DNA of 64,000 bases from Batkoa obscura (lineage: Eukaryota). The notes under the pieces are model-generated. The model saw nothing but the letters and a program-made list of their open reading frames with translations. It made no database searches and was not told the origin of the DNA. The stretch covers positions 496,001-560,000 of the forward strand of contig JASVEC010000003.1 of assembly GCA_030770535.1 (NCBI GenBank), in the 5' to 3' direction. Each line of letters begins with the position of its first letter. Position 1 is the stretch's first letter. Shown here in pieces: positions 1 through 14,063 of the stretch. The translations under genes were made by a program, and so were the position numbers.

Positions 1-89
1 AATTGAATTTTAAACCAATAAAATTCAACGTGTGGCTCTAGCTTTCTTAAAAAACAACACTCAATCCAATCTATAATTTTATTAAAATA

Positions 90-3088
90 ATGGAACTATT
101 CAACCGATTAAAAAAACAACTAAGCTTAAGTGGTAAGGGGAGCGGAAGATTAAGCTCTAGTGCGCAATTAGAAAAATTTCATACTTGTTGGACCTTTATT
201 CATGTAAGTTATTATAATATTCTGCTATTTAAATTCCTATTAAACGTTAGTAATTTCAATAGAGTACTTATTTTATTCAAGATCAAAAACCAAATCGAAA
301 AGTACATGTTCAATTAACAGAAATTCCTAGTTATTTAAAATTAATGGTCGATACTTTAGTACAAGAAGAAATTAAATTAGAAGATGATCAAACTGGAGCT
401 TGTATGGAATATATGTTAAAACATGGGGTGCTAAATATTTTAGTCAATATATCGGAATCCGATTTTCCATTAGGTATTCGTGGAGAAACTATTCGATTTG
501 TATCTACTTTGGTTAACTTATTAGATGTTAAATTTTTAATTCATTCTCCAATTCATATACCCACGTTAAAATTATTGAAACTTTGTATAAAAGAAGATAC
601 TGATAATCAAATGGATAAGTTTAATAATTTTTATGTGGATGATTTGATTGATTTATTATATACCCTTTGTTCAAAGATTCACTCTTCTCCTCCTTTATTA
701 AATATCTTTTTTTATGATAAGAAATGGTTAACTACCCCTCAAAAACAAGGAAGTCCATTAAATAAAGAGGAAATTGCTAATTTAACTGGAGAATATACCA
801 ATGATGAAGATATTAAACCAAAAATTATATTAAATGAAAATGATGGTCCACAATATGAATGTTTATTATTTTCTTATTTATTGAGGTTTGTTCATAGAGA
901 AGGAAAATCAGGAGATTATGCGAGAACAGGGTTATTATTTTTAATTGAGGTTGCAGGCGGTAATTTTAGAGATTATATATTATATCATTCGGATCTTTGT
1001 CCTATTTTATCAGCTGGATTAGGAGCTTTATATTCTCAATTACCACGTAAATTATTAGTTAAATATGTAGATGAAGATCGAATTCAATTTAAATTGACAC
1101 GTAGTAAAGAATTAAATGATGAAGATGGATTAGATGATTTCCAAGTGTCTTCATCCCCTCAATTTAAAATATTAATTGATTCTTTTTTAAAAACATTAGA
1201 ATTTTGTCAAGATATTTTACAAAGATGTCCATCAAGAGCTATTTGTATGGCTTTATTATCAGATATTAAAAGTGTGTTTTTAGAATCTATTTTATATCAT
1301 TCAATGATGGAATCAAGTGATTTAGATGGATCTGCTGTTGCTGTTATTTCATATATTGAAATTATATTAAGTACACTCAAAGACGGTGAATTAGTGGATT
1401 TATTTATTCGATTTCTTATTAATAGTGAAGAAGAAGACATTTTACATAAAGATAAAATGACTAATAGTGAAACTAGTTCTATTAAATCATTTAATAGTAA
1501 TAAAGAAGAAAGAGTAAGAAGAAATACAGAAACCAATAGTATATTATCAGAAAATAGTATTCGAGAAATGAAAGGAAATAAAAATAAAGCACATTTAGCT
1601 TTTAATTTAAAAGATTTATTATTTAATAATTTACAATCCAAATCAATACCAACTAGTATTTCTGCTTTAAAATTATTAAATACAATAATTAATGGACATG
1701 CACAGTATTTATTATTATTATTAGGACAAGAGAATTGTTTACCAGTTACCTTACCACCTACTTCAAGAGTATTATCACCAACAATTCCAACTTTTGAAGA
1801 AGCAGAAAAAGAAAAAATTCATCATTTTAAACAAAAACCATATACAACTATTAGTAATCATCATCAAGAAATTCAATCTTATTTTTTACTAATTAATAAT
1901 ATGGATCCGAGATTTAATAAAGATGGCTTTATACCAGGTTATGAGCCTTATATAAAACAAGTAGAATCAATGTATAATAACTATAAATTATCCAATCATA
2001 TTCGAAAAGAACAAGCTAAAAGTAAAGGACATACAAGACAACATACAATATTAATTAAAAACAATAATAGCAATAATAATAATAATAATAATACAATTGA
2101 ATTAGTTAAAGATTACGGTAGACAAGAAAATGATTATTCATTACAACAACATCATTTAAAAAGAAATGAACCAATATTACAAATTTTATTAGAATTATTA
2201 TCTAACTTTTTTAATAATCCGTGTGAATTAAATTTAGTATTATCTAATGTATTATTTGGTTTAGCTTGTTGTCCTTATATTAAATTAGATGAATTAGTCT
2301 GTTTTCAATTAAATTTAATTAAATATAAACAATCTAAACAAAAATTAAGTCCCATTCAAACAGAATTTAAAAAAGAGAAGAGTAGTGGATTATCAATAAC
2401 TATTGATACTAATATAATTAAAGAAAACTATGAAGAAGAAGTTTATGAAGTTAATCCATTAGAAGGTTTTATTTCAGATTCTGATGAAGAAGAAGAAGAA
2501 GAAGAAAATAACTTATTAAAAATACAACAAATACCATGTCCACCACCACCTTTATTTGATATCTTAAATCAATTGGCACAACAAGTCGATGAATTTCGAA
2601 TCAAAAATAATAAATATGATCTTTGGTTAGAAGAACGTCGAAAACAATTAAATTTATTTAATTTTGATAAACAAACTTCGGCTATTATGGGGGGTAATTA
2701 CGATACATTAAATTTACATAATTCTCCATTACAACAACAAGAAGACATTGATAAACAATCCCAATCAACCACTTCTTTTATTCAACGTACATTATCATTA
2801 TCTTATAATCAAAACACAAAAGATTTATCTTCAATTCAAAAACAACAAAATAAACCACAAAGAAAATTTTCCTTTTTAGAAGCCATTTCAACCCCCAATC
2901 CACCACCTTCTCCTTCAATGCATCATTCCTTTACTCAATTATTTCAAAATAAAGAACTGGATGCTGAATTTAAAAATCATACAATCTTTTTAGATAATGT
3001 ACTTATCTTACAAGAGTGTATTAAAGAAATATTAGCTGCTATTCAAGTACGAAGAGGTTTTGGGATTGATCAAGTACTCTTTTTATAA
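90..3088 (+). CDS. FHIP/FAM160 (RAI16-like) protein, FTS-Hook-FHIP complex subunit
   Basis: Exon 90-203, intron GTAAGT..AG 204-262, then a long exon in frame with the 914-aa ORF. The motifs 'GACMEYMLKHGVLNILV', 'LLRFVHREGKSGDYARTGLL' and C-terminal 'NVLILQECIKEILAAIQVR' resemble the FAM160/RAI16 family. Confidence 0.8.
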
Positions 3089-3463
3089 CTCAAATAAATA
3101 TCAATCTTTTTTTTTGTTCAGTTTTATATTGTTAACTCTATTTTATATAAATCAACTTATCTTTAGTAATATATGTATATTAAATAAATTACATTGATTT
3201 TTTAGCTTAGTCTTTTTAACACTTTCCATATATTTTTATTACGTGTTTTAATATAGTAAATTACATTGCTTAAAACCAACACGTTGCATTGAATTTAAAT
3301 CAATCCGATTCTAGCTTAGAATATATCCACCAATCAAACAAACAAGATCCAGAAACATAACTCAAAAAGCTTTCAAATCTGAAAAAATCAAAATCAATAA
3401 AATTGAAAAAGTACATCTTTAAAATTCAACTTTCTTTTAATAATAATATTAAATTTAAAAAAA

Positions 3464-6296
3464 ATGAATCAACAATATCAACTTAGTAAAGGGTTTGGTA
3501 AATTTTCAGCTAGTGGTAATGGTATCTTTGAAGATTATCCAGGCCAAGTTATTTTACAAGTAGTTTCTATTAAAAATAATCAAGGTGCCAACGATAATGA
3601 TCCAAATAAAAGATATAAGTAAGTATTATTAAATTAAATTAAACCGAATTAAATCAAATTATAATATATATTCTTTTATTGAATATTAATTAACTAATTA
3701 TTTTTTTTAAAAACAATTAGAGCTCTTTGTTGGGATGGTGAAAGTAAAATTCAAGGTAAGGAAATTGGATAAATGATAGTAAATGAATTAAAACTAAACT
3801 CTTTTTTTAATTTCATTTAGTTTATTTTTCAGTCGAATTAAATGAAAAATTACATTCTGGTTATATCCAAAATTATTTATTGATTCATTTAGTTAATGGA
3901 CAATTTGCTGATTTTAATGGAAAAAGGTAATTGGAAAATAATAATAATAATTAATTAAAAATAATTAATAATATCAATAATATTTAATGATTAGATATAT
4001 TATTATTCGTGAAGTTAATGCTTTATATAATCCAGGTCATATTTTAGAAGATCCAGCCATTAATAATAATCTTAATAATAATAATGCTCCTCCACAAGTA
4101 GCTGAAATGCAAAATCCCATTCAAAATTTTCAACCAAATTTAAACAATAATATTAATAATCCAGCACTTAAACAAGAAAATGATCATAACAATAGCTTTA
4201 ATCAAAGTTTTAATAGTAATAATAATCAAAGCTTTAATAACAACTCTAATCAAAATATGAATCAAAACAGGTAAGTATTGAAAGTAAACATATGTAATTA
4301 AATTAAAATTAAAATTATAGTAATATAAATGATTCTGTTCCGGAGGGTATGAGAATTATACCAATTTCAAATTTAAATCCGTTTCAAAATAAGTAATTTA
4401 TTTTAATTTATTTATTCATTTTGTTATTTATTTATTTATTTATAAAATAAGATGGACAATTAAAGCAGTAGTTTCTTTTAAAGGAGATATACGACAATAT
4501 AATAATGCCAAAGGGCCAGGTAGATTAATTAATATTCATTTTATGGATGATAGTGGGGAAATTCGAGCTACTGCATTTAATGAACAATGCGATAAATTTG
4601 GTTCTTTGTTAGAAGTTAATAAGGTAAATTATTATTATTATTATATCAATATAATATTTACATAATATCTATATATTTAGAGTTATTATATTAGTAATTT
4701 AAGAATTGGACAAGCTAATAAAAAATATTCGACATTAAAAAATGATTATGAATTAACTTTTACTTCGGTTTCAGAAGCTATTAAAGTAAGTTTTATTTAG
4801 TATATAGTCATTCATTTATTTTTACTTTTTCTAGTGTGATGAAGAACATCAAGTTAAAGTTCATTATGAATTTATACCTATTTCTGATATTGAGTTAAAA
4901 GATGTCAATTCTATTATTGGTAATAATACATAATATATAATAATAATAAATGATATAATATAGTATATTAAATCAATTTATATTTAGATGTTATTGGAGT
5001 AATTACGGATATTAGTGATATTATTGAATTTACATCAGCTAAACAAAATAAAGAAGTAAGTTAAATTTATTAACAATAATTATTAAAAAATAACATCTAT
5101 TACTTATAATTTATTTAGTTCAAAAAAAGAGAAATGTCATTAGTTGATTCTTCAGCAACAAGTATTAAATTTACATTATGGAATGAATTAGCAACAAGTT
5201 TTAATGGTACTGTTGGAGATATAATTGCATTACATTCCGTCAAGATTGGGGAATTTCAAGGCAAAAGTTTGTCAACTGTTGGAACAAGTATTGTAAATAT
5301 TAATCCAGAAATTAATCAAGCTTATGAATTAAAACATTGGTAAGTTTGATTACCAAAAATAATAATTATTAATATCTAATTTTTATTTATTTTTATTAGG
5401 TATAATAGTAATAATAATAATACTAGTTTTAGAACTTTAGCCAATAACAATATGGGTGGTATGGATATGGGTAATTGTGAAACAAAACAATTAGATGTTA
5501 TTAAAAATGATAATGAATTTGGTAGAAATAATGTAAGTTTTATTAAAATAATAATAGTCAATTTATATAATAAAAATAATATATATTAAATTAATTTTAT
5601 TTAATTTAATTTAGCCCGAAAAATTTAGTTGCATTGCATGGATTACAAAAATTAAAGATGGTGCAACTTATCCAGCATGCCCATCAGATAATTGTAATAA
5701 AAAAGTAATTGAATCTTCAGATGGTTGGTATTGTGCCAAATGTAATCGTAATTTTGAAAATCCAGATTATAGGTAATAATAATGATAATAGTATAATTGT
5801 AAATTTATGCTATATAATATGTTTATAATTTACGTGTATAATGTATTAATGACACTATTATAATAATTAGATTTATTATTAATTGTTCTATATCGGATTC
5901 TCACGAAGATATTTGGGTCAATTTATTTCACGATCAAGCTGTAAATTTATTAGGTTTTTCAGCTAATGAATTTGAACAAAGAAAAGTAAGTTTATAATAA
6001 ATAATAGTGATAATAAATATCAATTAATTTTTTATTAAAATAGAGTGAAACTAATGAACCACAACGACTTGTTAGTCATATATTATTTAAACCATTTATG
6101 TTTTATATAATTGGTAAACCAGATACTTATGCTGTAAGTTTTTATAATAATAATAATAATAATGGAATATTAATAAGTTGTTTATTAAATTTCTTTATAG
6201 GATCAAACTCGAGTTAAGTTTACTGCTCGTAATATTCAAGCTATTGAACCAAGTAATCGTATGGAAGAATTAAAAACTGTATTAAATTCTTATTAA
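3464..6296 (+). CDS. RFA1: Replication protein A 70-kDa subunit (multi-exon)
   Basis: Spliced exons give 'PISNLNPFQNKWTIKA', 'DDSGEIRATAFN', 'LVDSSATSIKFTLWN', the zinc finger 'YPACPSDNCNKKV..WYCAKC' and C-terminal OB-fold sequence. Many short GT-AG introns. Confidence 0.92.
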
Positions 6297-6375
6297 ATTT
6301 TGATAAAATAAATAAAATCGATATTCTAAGCTTATTGAATATTAAAATATAATACTAATTAATAACTAACATTTT

Positions 6376-6596
6376 TTATTTTATATAAATAATAGTAAAT
6401 GCATATCCATTACCAAATTTAATAACATTATTATAAATTAATATTGGTTTATAAATTATATTAATATTTTCATCAATACAATTAAAATGTTCATTCCATC
6501 CATTTGTATACAATTCATCATCGTTTAATAAATATAAATTATAATTAGAACCTAAACTTACTCTATTAATATTATTTAATTCAATTTTATTTAATA

Positions 6597-6638
<42 letters not shown>

Positions 6639-7509
6639 CTTTCTTTCCAATCGCCAATTCCCCTAATTGATTAGAACCAAAACTATAAATATTATTTTTA
6701 TTATCCATTATTATGTTATGAAACCAACCTGAGTGAATTTCCTTAATTTTAATATTTAAATTTAATTTAATAGGTTTATAACTTGATTTCACCTCCTTAT
6801 TAGCTAGTTGTTCTTTATTATTTCTACCTATTATAAATACTTCATTTTCTTTTGTTAAAAGCATGGTATGATCTAAACCTAAACTAATATCAATAATGTC
6901 TTCTACTTCAATTATCTCAGTTATTTCTATTAAAAATCTATTTTCTTTTGGATTCTTTAATAATTGCCCATATTTATTATCCCCCATACCATATATTTTG
7001 CCTTCTTCTGTTAAGATTATACTATGCTTGATTCCACTATAAATCGATTTAATTTTTTGAGAAAAATTAATTTGATGATAATGTATTTTTTTATCTTTAT
7101 GACCTAATTGATGATAAGTATTATCACCAAATAGAAATACTGTGGATTCATTACTATCCTTTTCACTATTTTTCTTAACTATTATAGTATGATTAAATCC
7201 TAAACTAATTAATTCAATCTTATCTTTCCTTTTCTCTCCCTCTTCATTCCAATAATCATTTTTTTCAAATCGAAAATAATTCTTAATATTTCCCATCTCT
7301 TTGCAATTTAATTGACCAAATTTATTACAACCTGAAATAAAATAATTATCTTGAATATCTTGAATAACACAATGATTTCCACCTCCATAAATATTTTTAA
7401 TAGGACAATTCAAATCTTTAATATGAATTTCAACTCTTTTTTCTTTATCACTTTCAAAACCAAGTCCTAATTGACTTCCACTATTACTACCAAACCCATA
7501 TAATGGCAT
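6376..7509 (-). CDS. RCC1-repeat beta-propeller protein (ATS1/SERGEF-like), intronless
   Basis: 377-aa ORF with repeated G.N..GQLG and I..G..H motifs. Confidence 0.85.
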
Positions 7510-7585
7510 TCTTTATTTATATTAGATCTTATATAGAATGTAAATAATAATAATAATAAAGAAGAGAGAATAAGACAATAAAGAG

Positions 7586-8639
7586 TCACATTTTTATTTG
7601 AATTTTATTAATTACTTGTAGTAAATTATGAATTTTCTCTCCATCAACCTTTGATTGGTTATTACGATCAATTAATAAACTGAATATCCCTAATTTTGAG
7701 GACATCAAATAATCACTATAAAAAAATAAAAAACAATATTAATAATATATAATTAATATAATAACATTTTTCTCCCTTACCATTCATAATCATCACCAAT
7801 ATGTAATAATTGATTTTTATTTATATTATATTCCTCTAATATTAACTCCAACATCATTGGATTAGGTTTTAATTTATAATTAATAGATAAATAAACATTA
7901 TCAAAATATTCTATTACTTTTTTTTCTTTCAATACATCAACTAAATAATAAATTAATAATAAATTTAATACAATTAATAATAATATAATAGAAAATAATA
8001 AAATTTTCAACTTACCTATTCTATTGTCCATATTAGAACAAACTACCAATTTGATATTATTACCAAACTTTAATTTCATCATTCTTAGAAACAAAATTGT
8101 ATCCCAATAGAGCATATAATATCTAGCATCAAATTCGTTATAAGTAAACTCTGCCAATTGATCAATCTGTATTCTATTTAAATTATTTTTAAATAAATCG
8201 AAGTAACAATTTCCAATTAATTTTAACCACCATTGCTTTTCTGTAGATGGGACAGAAGAAGAGAGTTTATAATTTGGATATAATGAAGAATGTTGTTTAT
8301 AATGAGTTTTAAAACTATTATTGATTCGAGAAGATAAATTATGTTTTAATTTTAATGGTAAAGTTATATCGCTTTTTTCCAATATTTGACACTGAAAAGT
8401 AAATCTTTGTTAATTTTGTTAATTCTGTTAATTCTATAAGTTTATTATTATAATTGATAGATAGTAAAATGGAATATAAATTAAATAGATCATTACTTAC
8501 ATAAATGCTACCAATATTACCGTTTGGTTTTAATAAAGTATTAAATAAATCTAATGAAATGACTTTGATATTATTATACACTTCCAATAAATTAAAAGTT
8601 AATTGCTTATAACTATAATAATTACTATTAATTACTCAT
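7586..8639 (-). CDS. HAD-superfamily hydrolase (HDHD3/REG-2-like)
   Basis: ATG at 8639 plus a short intron gives 'MMYNNIKVISLDLFNTLL'. Later motifs are 'VVCSNMDNR', 'KPNP' and 'LHIGDD..DY'. Stop TGA at 7586. Confidence 0.8.
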
Positions 8640-9063
8640 TTTGCTTAAAGCTTAATGTTGAAATTAAATTGACAATTTTTTTATTTCTCATCACAAATAT
8701 ATTTGAAAAGTAAAAGAACCAATCAATTTACAATTATTTTTTAAAAATTGAAAATGAGCTTGAATTTCAGAATTGATAATATCTCTCATTACATCTCCTG
8801 CTTAATTTGTAAATTAAGATATTATATATCCTCCATCATCATAAAGCTATTGTATAAACAAACATTCATGCGTTAAAAATATACTAAATTTAAAATAAAA
8901 ACAAAACAAAATAAAACAGAATAAACTTCATTTTTTTTAAATCATCTTTTATTTAATAACATTTCAAATAATTATAATCACTTTTTCACATACACAAAAA
9001 AGTCATTAAAAATCAAAATCCGTTATTACTTCTCACAAAAATAAAAAATGACTTACATAACAT

Positions 9064-10869
9064 TTAATTTTGATTGCGATGACCATTATTATTACTATTA
9101 TTACTACTATAATTATAATGATTATTCACTCCTGGTGAATTTACTCCACCATTTCCTTGCATTGAATTTTGTTCACTATTATTATTATTATTATTTGGAT
9201 TGTATCTTTGATAATTATTGTTATAACCTCCTCTACCACCTTGATGTTGTTGTTGTTGATGATGATTATTTGGATTATAATTATTACGATGATTATTACG
9301 ATATTGACCTTGTTGGCCACCTTGTTGTCCTTGATGTTGATGGTGGTGTTGATTATTATTGTTATAATGATTTCTGTTATTATAATTATTATAATGTCTA
9401 CCATTATTATTATTATAACTAGTTAAACCTTCCATTTGTTTTTTTTGTACTTCTTTAGCAGCTACAATATCTGGTTGTTGAGTGCGATCTTGATTTAAAG
9501 CACTTGGAGCTACATATAAAGAGCGATCAATTTCTCCAGGTATTGGTTTAATTTCAGTACCTAATTCTTGCTCAATTTTATATAATTGTCGACTATCTTC
9601 TTCAGTTATTAAATTAATAGCTAACCCAAAATGTCCGAATCTACCAGAACGTCCAATACGATGAAGATATGTTTCAGCAGTCTTTGGAAAATCAAAATTG
9701 ATAACTACATTCACGGCTTGGATATCAATACCACGAGTTAATAAATCAGAACAGACTAAATTACGGCATAATCCTTCTCTAAAATCATGGAAAACTCGAT
9801 TACGTGAATTTTGATCCATTTTAGCATGAGTGAAATAACAAGAGTATCCAATTTCAGTAATTTTACGTGCCAATAATTCTACACGAGTTGTACTATTACA
9901 AAATATAATTGATTGATTGATTTGTAATTTAGAAAATAAAGTATTAAGACAATGAACTTTTTGAGATTCAGGTACAAAAGCATAATATTGAGTAATACCT
10001 TTTAAAGTTAAATCATCCATTAAATTAATTTCATACGGTCTCTTCATCCATTTATCTGAGAATTCTTTAACCATTAATGGGAAAGTGGCACTATATAACA
10101 TAATTTGTCTTTCTTTTGAGACATAATCTAATAATTGTTCAACTACTTGAGTAAATTCAGCTGATAATAATTTGTCAGCTTCATCCATAACAAACGTTGT
10201 ACATTCACTTAAATCAGCTACTCCTTTACCAGCTAAATCAAGAATACGACCTGGTGTACCACAAATAATATGAACTGTTTGAGTTAAACGAACAATATCT
10301 TCTTTTAAGTTGGTACCACCAGTAGCTACCATAACTTCAACTCCTAATTTATTACCAATGACTTTACATACTTGAGCTGTTTGTAAAGCTAATTCACGTG
10401 TAGGTACCAATAAAAGAGCTTGTATTTTTGGTTTTTTGACATTGATTTTTTCTAAAGTGGGTATTAAAAATGCTGCTGTTTTACCTGTACCATTTTTAGC
10501 ACGTGCCAATATATCACGACCAGTTAAGGCAATGGGTATTGATTCTTCTTGAATTGGGGAGGGTCTTTCATAACCAAATTCATAAATCCCCATTAACAAT
10601 TCTCTTTTTAATAAAAAGTCATCAAACTCAGTTCCTTTTGTATTAGTAACATCCTAAAGCAATTAAAATTAATACTATTTATTATTAAAAGTAGAACAAA
10701 ATTTACCTCAGTTTGAGGTCTAGTATCTTTTGGTGGTTTTTTTGCAGTTAATTTCCAAGAATCAAAGTTTTGACTATAATATTAATATTAAATGTGAATA
10801 AAATATTTAAAATATTTAAACTTACGTTAAACTTTCTACTGAGTTTATACTATTTGGATTAAAAGACAT
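9064..10869 (-). CDS. DHH1: DEAD-box RNA helicase Dhh1/DDX6 with N/Q/H-rich C-terminal tail
   Basis: '[13 protein letters not shown]', 'MDEADKLLS', '[13 protein letters not shown]'. Two short 5' introns; ATG at 10869. Confidence 0.96.
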
Positions 10870-11766
10870 ATTGAAATATTTTACAAAGAAAATAAAAGCA
10901 AGATTAAGTAAAGAGAGTGAGGGAAAGAAAATAAAAGATTAAAAAAATAAAGATTAACAAGTACAGATAGTAAATCAAAGTTAATTAGCAATAAATTTTT
11001 GTTAAAAAGAACTTAACAAATATATCAATTCTTTTTAAAATTAATGGTTAAATCGTATACCTAATTTGTAATTAATTAGTATCCAATTTACTTAAATTTA
11101 AAAATTCGACTTACTATTTAAATTCGATTAAATAATATATAAATATAAATTTCTTTTAATATGGCTTTGTAAATAAAAATAGTTTAAGTGAATTAACTTT
11201 AAATGATATTTTTATAATAAATGTTTGAATCAAATTTTCAATTGATAAAAAAACGATATAGATGATAAATTTTGAAAAATTATAACTTTCAATAAAATAA
11301 AACTCTTAATATAATTTTAAAGGTTTTAAGTAATATAATTTATAATTTTGAGATGGATGGATCTTCGTTTAATATCTTTTCTTTTAGATAAGTTGTCCTT
11401 ATTCCTTTATGATTGTATACAAAAAAGTATTTATTTTAATTTCATGTACTTTTTCTTTGCTAACGTTATCAGAAAGATCTACCCCATTTTCTTTGTTTTA
11501 TTTCATTCAATCATTTTGTTCCATTTGTTTATTTATTGGTTTTTAATTGTGTTTGACTCTTTTCAATTGCATCAAATATCCGTCAACTTAATTCTTTAAA
11601 AGCTAACTTTAAAGCTTAAATTTAATTGGATATTAATTCTACGTCATCTCTCCAATATTTAACATCAAATATTGATAAAACAATAATAACAGTAATAATA
11701 ATAATAATGATAATAGTAATAAAAGTATTAATATTTAATACTTGGTATGATTTTTGTTTAATAATA

Positions 11767-13325
11767 TTAAAAGTCACTAGATATAGAATTTATTATAGGG
11801 AATGGTTCCACTTTAGAAAGTACAAGTATCTGTTGATCATGGGCAACATAACCTCGAATAAACTCCTAGATGAACTTTGATAAACTTTATTATAAATGCT
11901 TAAATAAATAAACTTACGTTTCTTATCAAACTTGAAATTTCTAACTCAAGTAAAATATTACATTTATTATTTACATTTCCTTCTTTTTTTAACAAAATAT
12001 GGTGAGCTTTATAAATGGTGTTTAACGGTATCCTTGAATTATTATCATGAATACTATATATTTTTTTAATTAATGAATAGATTATTATTATTCTCATCTT
12101 TTCAATTAGTAATAAACAGTCGGTACTTTTATAATAATCTATACTTTTTTTTAAACTTTTTTCATACAACTGAATATCTCCTCGTTGAACTGCTAATACT
12201 AAAGAGTGGTAATGTTTTACTAAATTAGGATATTTCTGTAATAATTGAACCTTTGGTAAGTTTAATAAGTTAAGTTGTAATGGTATTAAGTATTTCAAAA
12301 TGGATCTAAATTATCGTTATGATTATTGCCATCATGAATAAACAAATAAATGTAGCTTACTCTTGACATTCAGTAGCATAACTTGGACATAACTCAAATG
12401 CTTTTTTAAAATAATTTAAAGCCTTAATTAAAATTAATTTTTATCAATTTATATCCCACTTAAAATAAATAAACACTTACCTCATTATATTTGGATTCAA
12501 AAAAATCGTTAACACCTAAATAATAAAAATAAGCTAACACCTGACTTTTTGGAAGTAGATTGATATCAATATCTGCTGTAGCAATCAACCTCATCACTGA
12601 TTTAATTAAATTAAATTGTTTTCTTTTAATATAAAAACTTAACAATAAATTCACAAATTTATATGTTCCCCATTTTCTACTACTTGTTACCTCCTGTCTA
12701 TCATTACTACAAAAGCCTACACATCTCGTCACTAATTGAGAATATCTTTCTAATTTATCATCACTTTGATTATCATCATCAAGCTAAAAATTATGTCCTT
12801 TAGTGATACTTTGATATAATAATAAACTTACTTTATAAGCCAATTGTTTGATTTCTTTTAATAAAGGATCAAATAAACATAAATGCTCTCTTGTTAAATT
12901 GGTTAATCTTAATAGCTCACTAACAAAAATTAAACAATTATTCTTGATAACTAATAAATAAAAAATAAAAGTTTACCATACACTTTCAAATAAAGCTTCA
13001 AAAATATCTAATAATTCACCTTTACCTAAAGCGTGTCTTGCTTGAGTGAGTTTTAAAAAAAAGGAACCAAAAGGTCGAGTTATCTTTGGTTTTACATATT
13101 CTTCATAGGTTAACTTAACTCCATTTGACTCGTACTAATTTATAATTTAAATAAAATAAATAATGTATATAAATAACTTACATCATTCATATCAAGAAGC
13201 AGCTCTGTGTAAATTACTGGTACATAATCTTTACTTAGTGTAATCCAATCTTTCTTTTTAATTAATGTGTTCACTTCGCGTACATATTGGTTTATAAACA
13301 TGAATTTTACTCCTTTCTCTTTCAT
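11767..13325 (-). CDS. CSN12: PCI-domain protein, Csn12/PCID2(Thp1)-like
   Basis: Exons give 'SRKWGTYKFVNLL', 'YFYYLG', 'KYLIPLQL' and the terminal 'FIRGYVAHDQQILVLSKVEPFP', typical of PCID2/Csn12. Confidence 0.8.
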
Positions 13326-13403
13326 TTTCCTGAAATAATTTAATAAAAAGAGGAACTAAGTAAATGATGAGATTTATCTCATTTTAAAAAGCAAAAATTG
13401 CAA

Positions 13404-13960
13404 AAATATCAGGGCGATCCCTGATATTTCTGATAAGATAAATTATAAGATGATTTATCAATTCAATCTCTTAAACTGGATTTAACTCCTCGGCCAGTTC
13501 TTAACAATTCAATCCTTTATAAAATCAGGATTGAAACGGATTACAAGGACTATTTCAAGAAAGAAATGTTTCCTATAACCTAAAGTAAAACTGTTAAAAG
13601 TTTTATTTAAGAATCCTTACTGTCCTTTTACTTTATGTCTCACCCTTAAGTATTAAAATTTTAAAGTATTTAAACACAGTAATTTTAGTTAATTACTGTG
13701 TTGAGTAGTTTTTGCTCTAATAAAGATATTTTATGTTAACTTTAGTTTTTAGGTATATTTTATTCACTAAGTCTTTAGAATTATGGAGCTTAGCTCAGCT
13801 GTTCTTCACAGTTATATATATTAAGGAGATTTCTACAAGCTCCCAGACTATAAAATCTGTTAGCCACTTGCCTTTTGTTAAATTTACACAGGTACTAGCT
13901 TGGTTCCAGATTACCACAAACGAATTAGGGGGACTCCTTTCCTTAGTACAGGCGCCTGAC
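13404..13960. other. Hairpin-dense segment, candidate structured ncRNA (identity unknown)
   Basis: At least 7 Watson-Crick stems, including perfect 11-bp (13404-13429) and 12-bp (13673-13702) hairpins, and complementary 5'/3' ends. No credible ORF. Confidence 0.35.
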
Positions 13961-13991
13961 AAAAACATTTCAATGATTAAAAGAAGTTTGA

Positions 13992-14063
13992 GGGCTCAGC
14001 AGGGAATTGAACCCTGGACCTCTCGCACCCAAAGCGAGAATCATACCACTAGACCACTAAGCC
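13992..14063 (-). tRNA. tRNA-Pro (UGG)
   Basis: Reverse complement GGCTTAGTGGTCTAGTGGTATGATTCTCGCTTTGGGTGCGAGAGGTCCAGGGTTCAATTCCCTGCTGAGCCC folds as a cloverleaf with anticodon TGG. T-runs follow downstream. Confidence 0.97.

Noticed and set aside
9048..9426. Y/I-rich ORFs overlapping the DHH1 3' end
   Set aside because: Alternative-frame and antisense readings of AAT/CAA repeats in the Dhh1 tail.
11348..11880. Two hydrophobic + strand ORFs between DHH1 and CSN12
   Set aside because: TTG starts and AT-driven composition; the second overlaps the last CSN12 exon antisense.
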